From Narcine bancroftii (Eukaryota), in NCBI RefSeq assembly GCF_036971445.1, contig NC_091475.1, positions 80,042,001 through 80,106,000 of the forward strand: a DNA stretch of 64,000 nt. Direction: 5' to 3'. The position numbers and the translations under genes were made by a program. Under the pieces are notes generated by a model. That model was not told the origin of the DNA and ran no database searches. It saw nothing but the letters and a program-made list of their open reading frames with translations. Shown piece by piece: positions 10,907 through 22,236 of the stretch (the first letter of the stretch is position 1; each line of letters opens with the position of its first letter).

Positions 10907-12984
10907 TGCTGACAAATGTGATCAAAGGACTAAGACCAGGCTGCAGACTACTGGAGACAGGTTTGAGATTGGCTGAAGGAGCACCAGATATCAGAACCAG
11001 GTTGCGAGAGGGTGCTGAGCCTAGCTGATCTATCTCCCTCCAGTACGCTTCCTCATTACCATCCATGATTCTGCCGTCAACTGTGGTGTCATCAGCAAAT
11101 TTGTAGAAGGCATTGGAATTATGCCTAGCCACACCCATGAGTGTAGAATGAGTAGAACAGTGGGCTCAGCACGCATCCTTGAGGTGTGCCTGTGTTGATT
11201 GTCAGTGAGGAGGAGACGTTTCCAATCCATATTGACTGTGGCCTTCCGATGAGGAAGTCAAGGATCCAGTTGCAGAGGTGGGTGCGGAGGAAGCTTGCTG
11301 ACCAGCACTGACGGGATGGTGGAGTTGAAGCTGAGCTGTAATCGATGAAAAGCAGCCTGATGTACGTGTTGCTGTTGTCCAGGCGATCCAGGGCTGAGTG
11401 GAGAGCCCGTGAGATTGCATCTGATGTGGAGAGATTGTGGTGGAAGGAGAATTGCAGGGGGTCCAGCTCTTCACTAAGGTATGAATTCATTCTGTCCAAG
11501 ACCAAACTTTCAAAGCATTTTATGTGAATGCTACTGGGCGATAGTCATTGAGGAATCTCACTCTGTTCTTCTTGGGCACCAGGATGACTGATGCTCGGTT
11601 GAAGCAGGTGGGAAGCTCTGAATGCAGCAATGAGAGATGAAAATGTCTGTGAACACTCCATCTAGATGGTTGGCACAGATTTTCAATACCCTGCCAGGTA
11701 CTGTATCAGGGTCTGACACCATGCGAAGGTTCACCCTCTTGAAACATTAGCCTCAGAGACAGATATCACAGGGTCATCAGTTTCTACAAGAATTTTCATT
11801 GGTACCTTGAATTATCCTTTTCAAAGCGAGCATAAAAGGTGTTAAAAGTGTTCAGATCATCAGGTAGTGAAGCATAACAGCCATTTATGATATCTGACTT
11901 CACCTTGTAGGATATAATGGCCTGCAATCCCAGCGATATCTGGCGAGTATCTGATTCTTTCTATGAGATGGCCTTAAGTAGGTTGTACCTGTACATCCTT
12001 TAGAAATCTGGATCACATGTCTTACACGCCATTGACCTCTCCCTCAGCAGGTTGCAAATCCTCTGGTTCAACCGTGGCTTTTGGTTGGGGAGCTCACGGT
12101 ATTAACTAACAAATACCTTTATAACATTATCTGTTCCCACTCCCATGGAGATTTCTCTGCCTTTCCCCTCAACAATCTTTGAATAGAAAAGATAATACCC
12201 AGGAATAGGTGTCTTCGCTAACCAGGCACTTCTTTTGATCCTGACGAAGTCTCGACATTTCTGACATGCGAGTAAGTCACTTCCAGGATGGGTGGTTTCT
12301 GGAGTTGTCGCTGTTTCTTTTCCAGAGTTCTCCATTTTGATACTTTTACTCAACAGATGAACTGTTGTGGCTCAATCTTGTTGGCCATTCTGTGTCATAT
12401 TACATTGGCTCCAGCCTGAGGATGCGAAGTTTACTTGCTTTATCCCCCAGTGTCAGCTTGAGCACATGTTCCTGTAGCCTGGTCCTGAGTTTGACCTGTT
12501 CAAACCTAATCAGCCAATCGCTAAATTTAACTTTACTCCAGTTCACAACATGGAGGCTGCAAGAACACATCCAATGGATGACTCTGTTTCAGTACAAGAT
12601 TAACCCTTACTGGATTTTCACTCCAGAATTTGCCTTTAATCAAAGTGACATAAATTTAAAACGTGCACAAAGTGTTGAAGTTCCCTTCCTTCAAGCATGT
12701 GGCAAAGAACAAAGACATTTTGTTTGCCTGTTTCCATTGTCCTTAGCTCATTCCAATCAACTGTTTTGAATTCCTTTCTGGCCAGTGGTATAGAGGAGCT
12801 CAAGGCCATCTGTTGGAAGGGCACACAGGGCAAGCGTTAGCTGTAGAAGGAGCTGGCCAGCTCGCAGACTGCTGGCAGGCACATCCTTCTCCATCTGTGG
12901 AAGGGTCTGCACTGTCCACATCAGGTATCTCAGAACCTACAAAGCCAGAACAGTAATTGTTCAGGGTGGGGGTGGTGGAGGCAA

Positions 12985-13205
12985 GGTTAGGATAGCAGTT
13001 AGCGCAACACTATTACACAGTGCCAGTGACCCATGTTTGAGTCTGGCACTGACTGTAAGGAGTTTATACATTCTCCCCAGGTGATTCGGCTTCCTCTCAT
13101 GTTCCATAGACGTACGGACTCAGTGGGTTAATCAGTCAAAAAGGTGTAATTGGGTGACACGGTTTCATTGGCAAGAAGGGCCTGATACCCTGATTGTCTC
13201 AAATT
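12985..13205 (+). mobile_element. tRNA-headed SINE (V-SINE/HE1-like)
   Basis: gttagcgcaacactattaca..ctgtaaggagtttatacattctcccc core shared with other copies in the window. Confidence 0.65.
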
Positions 13206-13379
13206 AAAAATTTAAATCCCCTATCTGAGGGAATGCCTCAAAAGGAGATTTAACCCCCTCCCCACCCCCCCATTGAAGAAAATAAAACAAACTGTGGGAC
13301 TGACAACAGCTGAAGTTGGTGCCACCATATCCACTATCCATCCCATTATATTCTAACCTTGGAGAGAAGAAAGATCTCC

Positions 13380-13630
13380 CACAAGCTCAGCATTTAATTC
13401 TCAGAGGCCTGCAAGTCCCAGCGATCTTACCTGTTAGCCTGCACTCCTCCCCCACACCCCACCCCCCCCCCCCACCCCGTGTCTTCCTCAGACCTCCACA
13501 CTTTTTAACTCAGGCACCTGTTTTTGCTTGTAACTGACAAAGGGCCCAGGCCCGAAACGTTGGTCACCTTGATTTCCTTTGGATGCTGGGTGGCCCTCTG
13601 AGTTTCTCCTGCTTGTTTGTGCACTGCATT
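13380..13630 (+). mobile_element. Penelope-like element 3' end with hammerhead-like motif
   Basis: cagcatttaattctcaga (endonuclease end) followed by ctgacaaagggcccaggcccgaaacgttggtc..gagtttctcc. Confidence 0.65.
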
Positions 13631-14109
13631 TCTCGGCAGTTTACCAAGTCACATCCTGGAATAGTTGTCCATTTTGTGTCCTCAGCTGTGGTGTAAGAGG
13701 TTGATTTATGTGTGGTGGAGAGAGAGGAGAGCATCTGTAACTAATTAGTCTGACCAACTGCATCCTCAGTCACTTCGCTAAAATACCCAACATTCCAACA
13801 CCCCAGCTTCCTTTGGTGCTAAAATTATGACAATGTTCTGTTATTTTAGCTGTCTGCGACTAGCCTAAATTTAATCTTTGAGACACCCGATCTCCTCACA
13901 TCTGCTGTTTTTGCATACCTCTCTAGTTAGTGCGTGACTCGTCAAGTAATCTTCTAATCCCCGTTGTGGCAAATTGCTCTCCCCTTGATTCATGCATTGA
14001 AGCTTCTTCTCCACAATGTCGGCCTTGTGTCCTTGTCATACAGACCCTTCTGCCCAATGAGTCTGTGCTGACCACCAAACACCCATTTACACTATTTATT
14101 CTTCCCACC

Positions 14110-14500
14110 TTCCGATCAACCATAGAACACTAAAGCACAGAAACAGCCTCTTCAATTCACCAGTTAGCTGGGACACTCTCACTACATCCTGCATGAGGAA
14201 GTTCCCACCAATGTTTCTTTTAAATATTTCTAACCCATGCCCTCTAGTTCTTGTCTCACCTAATCTCAGTAGAATAAGCCTCTTGCATTAACTCTCTCTG
14301 TACCTCTCATATTTTTATATACCTCTATCAAATGTCTCCTCATTCTTCTAGGCACCAGGGAATAAAGTCCTACCTGTTTAACCTTTCCCTGTAACTCAGT
14401 TCCTATTGACATCTTGCATATCTGCACTCTTTCAAATTTCTTGATAGCTTTCCTGTAGTTAGATGACCAAAACTGCTCCAATTTTGGCCTACGAATGTTA
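14110..14500 (-). mobile_element. CR1 LINE 3' remnant
   Basis: ORF 14266..14523: QFWS..ERVQ..GLYSL..RRMRRHLIEVYK. Confidence 0.75.
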
Positions 14501-14744
14501 TATACAACATCACATTTGGACATGTGAGACAGTGGCCCTATTCACTGTGCCATCCAAAGCCATGGTTGTGCTTTATTTTAGTATAAAGGACCCTGATACG
14601 TTGACAGCAATTTATCAGTCGAACAATGAGTTCAGCGTAGCATTCAAACGCATCCCTCATTGAACGGTAGTCCGCCCTAACATGACTGCATTGAGGAGGA
14701 AGGGTATTTTGGAGATGAAAAACAAGAAAATCTGCAAAGCTCAA

Positions 14745-16350
14745 AAGATCAAAATTCAAATGTATTGTCAGCCAGGCAGAATTTCTAATTGCCTGCAACA
14801 GTAAACAGTACTCAAGAAGAGACAAATGTACACAAAAGAAAGAAATGTAAACAAATTGAATGCAAAAACAGAAAAATAAATATTCAGTAATAAATAATGA
14901 CCAAAGTAAAAATCCTTAAATGAGTCTCTGATTGAGTCCAATGGTGGAGGAGTAGCAACTATCCCTGAACCTTGAGGTACGAGCAGTGAGAACAGAGCAC
15001 GTCCTGGGTGGTGTAATCCTTGATGATTGCTGGTGCCCTCAACAGCAGTGTAGATATTCTCAATGGTGTGGAGAGTTTTACTTGTGATGTCCAGAACTGT
15101 ATCGACTACTTTTCGCAGAGCGTTCCACTTAGAGATGTTGGTACCCCCCACCCCCCCACACCAGGCCATAATGCAACAGGTCAACACACTTTCCATGACA
15201 CATCTATCTGTTGAAGTTTGCTAAGGTTTCCGATGGTATACTGAATCTCTGCAGAATCATGAGGATGGAGAGGCACTGGCATGCTTTCTTCACGGTGGAA
15301 TTAGTATGATGGATCCAAGGAAGTTCCTTCGAGTTAGTGGTCCCCAGGAAGTTAAAGTCCACTTCTGATCCCCCAATGATTACTGGATCGTATACCTCTG
15401 GTTTTCCTTTCCTTAAGTCTACGATCTTAAGTCTGATATTGAATGAAAGATTGTTGTTAGTACTTCATTCAGCCAAGTTTTCAATCTCCCTCCTCTTTGT
15501 TGAGTCATCGCCTCCTTTTATACAGCCCACTCCCATTGCTGTGGTATCACCAGCAAATTTGTAAATGGTGCTGTTATCGTACTAGGCCACACAGCCCTTG
15601 TGGTGCTCCAGTGCTGATGGAGATTGTGGAGGAAATTTTCTTACAATTCTCACTGATTGGGGTCTGGAGGTGACGAAATCCAGGATTCAACTACACAGGG
15701 AGGTGTTGAGGTCTTGGAGTTTGCTGATTAACTTTGAGGAGATGATGATGTTGAATGCCAAACTTAGTCAATCAAGAACATTTTTGTCGTCCAGGTGTTC
15801 CAGGGCTTTGTGTAGAGTCAGTGGAATGGCTCTGTGGCTGTGGTGGAATAAGTGAAATGGATTCGTGTCGCTGCTCAGACAGGAGCTGATCATCTTCAAC
15901 ACCAGCCTCCCAAAACACTTCATCACTGTGGATATACATGCACTGGTCAAGTCATTTAGGCAGGTTACTGATCTCTTCTTGGGCACTGGTACAATTAAAA
16001 CCTATTTGAAACAGGTGGGTACCATACGCTGCCAGTTGGTCGGCACAGGTTTTCAGTACTCAGCCAGGTACTCTTTCTGGACTGGATGATTTCCATGGAT
16101 TCACTCTTCTAAAGATATCATCTTCAGATACTTCCAGTAGAGGATCATCAGGGGATATGAGGGTATGCAATGGTTCTTCCTTGGTTCTGATGGTCAAATT
16201 GGCCATAGAAAGAAATTAGTTCATCTCGAAGTGAAGCTTTTGCTGTCTCCTATTGCACAGGATTTGGTTTTGTAGCTGTTGACGTCATTTAGGCCCTGCC
16301 ACAGCTGTTGGGGATCCTTTGTTGTTTCCCTTCTCATCTGGAATCTCCAC
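14745..16350 (-). mobile_element. Rex1/Babar-like LINE remnant with 3' tail
   Basis: ORFs 15768..15986 (VMKCFGRLV..ALEHLD) and 14768..15196 (ESVLTCCIMAW..HHPGRALFSLL); tgacaatacatttgaa tail. Confidence 0.8.
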
Positions 16351-16586
16351 TTTGCCTGCAGATGCTGGGGTTGAGTGCAACACACAAACATGCTGGAGAA
16401 GCTCAGCCAGTCACGCAGCATCCATAGGAAGTGAAGGGTAACCAACGCTTCGAGCCTGAGCCCTTCGTCAGGAATGGGAAAAGAAAACAGGTAGATGCCT
16501 GAATGAAAAGGTGGGTGGGGGGGAAACAAGGAGAGGAGAGCATTGGCTGCCCTTTACTTCTTATGGAGACTGTGTGACTTGCTGAG
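16351..16586 (-). mobile_element. Penelope-like 3' end (minus) followed by an inverted partial end
   Basis: Minus CTGACGAAGGGCTCAGGCTCGAAGCGTTGGTTACC..CTGAGCTTCTCCAGC; plus-strand partial tail from ~16550. Confidence 0.65.
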
Positions 16587-18190
16587 TGTAACGCGACTGA
16601 TTGCTCTCAGTTGAATCTGAGGTAAGGCGGGAACACCAGGGTTTATATTAGGGTAGGTGAGGATGGAGCCAGGGGAGGAGCTAGCCATCAGAACAACACA
16701 TGGACAGTGAATTCCAGTTCACTGCACTGAGTTTCTCCAGCACTTTTCTTTGTTGCAGGATATCCAAGAAGGTTCTTCAACAGTAAATTCCCAATCCCCC
16801 GCACTGTATCGCCTGCTCTTTGTGGCTATTGGTTTGCAATCAGGAGTCAGGTTCAAAAACAGTGGGGGATGATCAATATTTAGGGAGGAGAGACCGCATT
16901 TGGTGTCCGGCTTCTCGGACCCTCCGTTCCACACCATGATTAGAGGAAGTGTGGGCCCGAGTACTCCATGGTCACGCTTTTAAGGTGACACAGGAAGTCC
17001 CAGGCCCAGCAACACATGAGCACACAAATTCTTCAGTACATACAATCGGAACTTACAAAATGACCCCCTTTTACAGTTAGATGCACTATACAATCCTCCT
17101 TGATCATCGCAGAGTGCGAGTGCGAAGTTAGGTAAATATGATAGTCCATCGGATACACTTCTAAATTGTACTGCAAAGCAGTCACAGAGTTTATAAAGCT
17201 CTCAGTGAAGTCAGCATCTACCAAGCAATCAGTCAGTTGTCTGTTTACCCTTACCTCCATTGTCAAGTTATTCAATTGGTGAGGTATTGCCTGATCCAGG
17301 ATGACCATTGCCAGTGCTCCAGAAACCCCATTGCTCCCGATGCCGAAGTTAACTCTCTCCTCTTGGCCCGCGGACAGACAAGGTGGCGTCAACCACGAGG
17401 CATGGCTTGATGGCCGACCTCCATTGTTAGCTTGCAGTTGGGCCTGTTCAAATGTTTTCGCCAGCTCCAGGGTGCTGGCCAAGTCTTTCTTCCCCAACTC
17501 CAGCAGTCACTGCATCACGTACCTCGACCTCACTCCTACCATGAGGGTGTCCCAGATTTGTTCGTCCTCTCTCACCCAGGCTGTGACCGCTTCATAGTGG
17601 CTTTTTCTAGTCAGGGCCCACAGCTCAAGGACATAATCATCCAGCAACTCACCTGGACATTGCCGACGTTGAGAGAGCCAGTGCCACACCCGCACGTTGT
17701 TCTGGCGCCTCATGTAGTGGGCTTTCAAGCCTTCTATGCAGACACAAACGTTACACACTCCCTGATGACAGCGAAGCCCTTGGGGCTGACACGAGAGAGA
17801 AGTGCAGATCTCCAGAGACTATCAGAGTGGATGACGTCTTATGTGGGTGTCAGGTAGGACTGGAAACACTCCAGCCAGTAGGTGAATTCCTCCGGGGCCT
17901 CAGGGGACAGAGGGTCGACCTGGACCATCCCTGACTTCAACATGGTTTTCATCTTGCTTCAAAGTTAAGCTATTAAAATTGTAATGTGACTCATTTCACT
18001 CAGAGACAATGAGGAATACAAACACGCTTTTAATTGCTTACAATCCATTGGCCAGTTAACACAATCGTCCTCAGGTGAATCTGAGGTAAGGCGGGAAAAC
18101 CAGGATTTATATTGGGGTAGGTGAGGGTGGAGCCAAGGGAGGAGCCAGCCATCAGAACAACACACAGACAGTGAATTCCAGTTCACTGCA
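16587..18190 (-). mobile_element. Short-LTR Gypsy element, internally deleted (gag, PR, start of RT), 5-bp TSD CTGAG
   Basis: LTRs 16587-16726 and 17980-18190 (TG..CA); CTGAG at 16582-16586 and 18191-18195; gag RRQCPGELLDDYV, protease LVDADFTESFI, RT start PPLFLNLTPDCKPIATKSRRYS. Confidence 0.85.
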
Positions 18191-18504
18191 CTGAGTTTCT
18201 CCAGCACTTTTGTTTGTTGCAGGATATCCAAGAAGGTTCTTCAAGAGTATGTGGCTGGAACTTAAGAACAGTAAGAGTCCATCGCTCAGGTGGGAGTATT
18301 CCATGAGACCCTGAACAATCAACAGGAAATACAGGAACAGCAATGCAGGCAAATCACAGGAAGGTGTGGAAATGCCAGCGAAATGATAGGAAAGGCTGGA
18401 TGACCACATGGTAAAGGCCTTCAAAGGCAGAGGAGCTTTTAAAGTAAACTTAGGAGAGCTTTGTTGGAGATTCCTGTCAGAGGAGGGGATGTAATCTAAT
18501 TTTT

Positions 18505-18752
18505 TTAAATTAGGTGTACAGTACTGTAACAGGCCAACTCGGCCCTACGAGTCTGTTCCACCCAAATTACAGCCCATTAACTTATTCTCGATTATGTTTT
18601 TGAAGGGTGGAAGGAAACCAGATCCCTCGGAGAAATCCCTCGCAGACACGGGGAGAACATACAAACTCCTTACAGACAGCACAGGGTTTGAACCCAGGTC
18701 CAGTCCCAATCGCTGGTGCTGTAAAGGGATTACACTAACCGCTTCACCAACC
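18505..18752 (-). mobile_element. tRNA-headed SINE (V-SINE/HE1-like)
   Basis: gcagacacggggagaacatacaaactccttacagacagcacagggtttgaaccc is the reverse complement of the SINE core. Confidence 0.75.
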
Positions 18753-18814
18753 ATGCCAATAATCTTCTGGACTCTAGTTGACCAGAAAGGATGCACTTCA
18801 TTCTTGAAGGAGAA

Positions 18815-19410
18815 GAGGCTGATATAATGGTTGGAGGTGTTGTGGATAATGTAGAAGTTTGTTGCAGGTTACAACAGGATATAGACAGGCTGCAGAGGTG
18901 GGCGAAAAAGTGGCAGTTGGAGTTCAATCAATATTAGTGGAAAGGGTTGCTGTTTGGAGGGTCGAATCTGAAGTCAGAGCATGTAGTTAATGACAGGAAG
19001 CTTAAGATTTTGGAGAATCAGAGGGGTATTGGAGTCCAGATCCACAGATCCCTCAAGTTACCGCACAAGTTGATAAGGTGATTAAGGAGGTGAATGGCAT
19101 GTTGGCCTTAATTCGTCGGGGGATTGAGTTGAAGGGTCATGAAGTAGTGTTGCAATGCTATTAAACTCTGGTTAGACCACACTTGGGAATAACCCATTCA
19201 GTTCTGGTCACCTCATTACAGGAAGGATGTAGATGCTTTGGAGAGGGGGCAAAGCAGAATTTACCAGGATTTTGCTTGGATTGGAAAACATGTCAGATGA
19301 AGCAAGGTTGACAGAGCTTTTCTCTGCACCATGTCAACAAAGGAGTGGTGACAATAGAGGTATATAAGATTATGAGGGGCTTAGATAAGGTGGACAGCCA
19401 GTACCATTTA
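18815..19410 (+). mobile_element. CR1 LINE remnant
   Basis: LQQDIDRL..WAKKWQLEFN; gttagaccacacttgg..cagttctggtcacc (VRPHL..QFWSP). Confidence 0.8.
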
Positions 19411-19574
19411 TGTCTTATGGATGCTACAAGACCTGCTGTGTTTCTCCAGGACTTTTATGTCCTGCACTAGATCGCAGTATCTGCAGATTTTCTTGTTTAA
19501 CTAAAAACAGGTAAATATTTAATTAAAAGTTAGGAAGGTGAATAGGTAAGAAAATGACAAGATAAGAATAATCC

Positions 19575-20097
19575 CCAAATCATTTCATTCCCTGCAAGAG
19601 TGTATGCAGGGATCATGGGACAACTAGAGAATGGAGCAAGTCTGCCCATGGTCTCATGCCCTGCCAGACGGAGACCACCGCAAACTGGAGGAACAATACT
19701 TCATTTTTAACTGGGCACTCTCCAACTAGATGACATTAACCGACTTCTCTGGTTTCTATTACCATGCCCTCCCCTCACCCTACCCCCCCCCTCCAAACAT
19801 CCCTTTGTCTTCTTTCCTCCAGCTCTGCATTCACAGAGCCCATCCCCTCCCCTGGCCAATTCTCACCTATCCTCTCCTGTCCTCCTATCCATGTCCAATT
19901 ATGCCCTTTAGTTTTTGGCTTGTGTTCCACCCCCTGCACTTCCTTCACCTCCCCCAGCCACTTAATTCAAGCACCTGCCTGCTTTTTGCTTATACCTTGA
20001 AGAAGGGCTCAGGCCCGAAATGTTGTTAACATATCTTTACTTCCTATGGATGCTGCAAGACCTGCTGAGTTCCTCCTGCAGGTCTTGCATCCATAGG
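19575..20097 (+). mobile_element. Penelope-like element 3' part (GIY-YIG endonuclease end and terminal repeat)
   Basis: cgcaaactggaggaacaatacttcattttt..ctgggcactctccaa (RKLEEQ.LIF.LGTLQ), pyrimidine-rich 3' region, ttgaagaagggctcaggcccgaaatgttg. Confidence 0.75.
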
Positions 20098-20634
20098 AGG
20101 CCACAGCATCTGTAGACGTTAATGTTTCATTCGACCCCTGGATGCTGCCTGATCCTCATGAGCCGTGGTTTGCTCAAGATTCCAACCTCTGCTTTGTGAT
20201 TCTCGAGATTTCAAATCATATTGGGCTGAAAGGTGGGTTAAATCCCTGGTGAGAAATTTTGGTCTCTCGCCTGGGTGGGAGGGCAGCAAGCAAGAGAAAC
20301 AAGAACAGAAGAAAAACAGGCATATATTAGTGTCCAAAACAGTGTAAACTACTCCTGAATTTAGGTGCATCTAATTTTCCTCCCAAGAAAATATAATTGT
20401 TGGAACAGTTAACAATGAATTTATTCTCAGTCTCACTGATTATAAATTAATTAATGAAAATCATTATCATTTAAAATGAATTGTTTAATTATCAGTCTTC
20501 GTAAATGAGGACATTAATCTAAATTCACACATTCATCCATTTTATGTCCTGAATTTTCCCAATAGAAATTGTGAACAAAATTATTGAGAGAGTTCCATTC
20601 TGCCTGGTGTGAAATGACCCACTCCTTTGCATTG

Positions 20635-20790
20635 AGTTAAACAAGAAAGTTTGCAGATTCTGGGGTCGAGTGCAGTCCACAAACATGCTGGAGAAACTCA
20701 GCAGGTCACGCAGCACCCACAGGAAGTAAACAGAAAGCAATGCTTTAGGCCTAGGCCCTTCGTCAGTTTCTCCAGCAAATTTGTGTAACC
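20635..20790 (-). mobile_element. Penelope-like 3' end
   Basis: atgctggagaaactcagcaggtcacgcagc..ggcccttcgtcag. Confidence 0.65.
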
Positions 20791-21929
20791 CACTCCTTTA
20801 ATGCACTCCAATGGTCATTGAGTTCATGCAGGATCTTTATCGAACGGTTTTACAAAAGATTTGACATTTTGGAGCATCCATAAACACACAACTTATGCAT
20901 AAAGGAGACACCAGTGGTTGACCTTTTAGATAAAGGGAATGTGAGCTATTCTGCAGCCAGGAGAGAAACCATGGAACTATTGTCTATTGTGGTGTATATG
21001 TCAATGTGTATGCATAAAGTGTGCTGAATGCAAACTGCAATTATAAGATAAGACTATTATCTCTCAATAGAAATGAATGAAAGGAGAGATAAAGGCACCA
21101 AGCACTATTGGCTGAGGGAGAGTCACATTGCTGGAGGTGCTATATATACTGGACATTTAGTATGCAGCAATGCTTCGATGTGAAAGCAGGATAAACTCAA
21201 TGCCTTTCCAAAGTCAGACAGTGGAGAACAGGGAATCAAAATTAGTATTTATTTCTGATGGCATGCATGAACAGCTGTTTAATCTTTTCCAGTGTCTTGT
21301 TTTAACATCATTGTCTTGATGCAAAAGGTTAAAGGATAGGTAATAGAAAGACTTAAAGCAATATCCCATTTTTTTCTGCAAGCACCAGCCCAAAGATTCG
21401 ATGCTCAAACCTCAACAGACGACTGGACCTGTTTTCACAATTTCAGGACTTTGGCGCAGTTGATAGATCCTACACCTCACAGCACCAGGTTCAATCCCCA
21501 CTTCGGACACAGTCTATGCTAAGCTTGCACATTCTCCCTCCAACCCAGTGGGGTTCCTCCTCCCCACCCCCCCCCCCCCTCCATGGTAACTCTGGTTCCC
21601 TTTGAAACTGGCAAAAAAAATGCCATCTTTTGGATGAAATTTTCAACTAAGACACCAACTACTTTCTTGAGTAGATATGATTATCATGCCCAAGACAAGA
21701 GCTCACAACATTGGGTGGTATGGTTAGTGAAGCAGTTAGCACAATGTGCTAACAGTTCAAATCCAGCGCTATCTATAAGGAGTTTCTCCCCATGTTTGCG
21801 TGGACTTCCTCCGTGTGCTCCTGTTTCCCCTCACCCTCCAGATTTGTAGGTTAATTGGTCAGCACGTGTTTAAATGACTGTAATTGACATCTACCATGTT
21901 GTAAATAAAAAAATTAATATGGATTTATG

Positions 21930-22200
21930 CCAGATTATCACAAAAGCAATCAGAATAAATGGGGATATTTCAGATTGGAAAGGAACGACCCAAGGATCTG
22001 TCATTATCACTAATTACTTACCATCCATTTATCAGTTTGGAGGTGGGAGAAAAGTGTAAAATAAATGTGAGGGTATGTTGTGATGAGAATGTTTGTAGTC
22101 TGCAACAGGATATAGATAGGCTCAGAGAGTGGGTGAAAACTTGGCTCATGGGGATTAATGTGGGGATGTGTGAGGTTAGGCACTTTGGTAAGAAGCTTCT

Positions 22201-22236
<36 letters not shown>

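Larger units (their letters stand above)
9901..11020 (+). mobile_element. Unclassified 1.1-kb insertion with a histone H4-derived head and an internal minisatellite
   Basis: Cleanly interrupts the Rex1-like RT frame and begins with H4 5' sequence; no TSD or tail seen. Confidence 0.6.
9715..12125 (-). mobile_element. Rex1/Babar-like LINE remnant, split by an insertion at 9901-11020
   Basis: ORF pieces PLQFSFHHNLSTSDAI..LLFIDYSSA, GTPQGCVLSP, YKFADDTT..REIDQL (11021-12125) continue as NISKTK..DFRR..FKFLGVNLSEDLSW (9715-9900). Confidence 0.85.

Noticed and set aside
10123-11138. Long repetitive ORFs in several frames
   Set aside because: By-product of a mostly stop-free 33-nt unit; one is fused to Rex1-like RT by chance
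12130-12830. ORFs 12102..12353 and 12365..12769 as host exons
   Set aside because: No recognisable homology; possibly a decayed Gypsy integrase end, too weak to call
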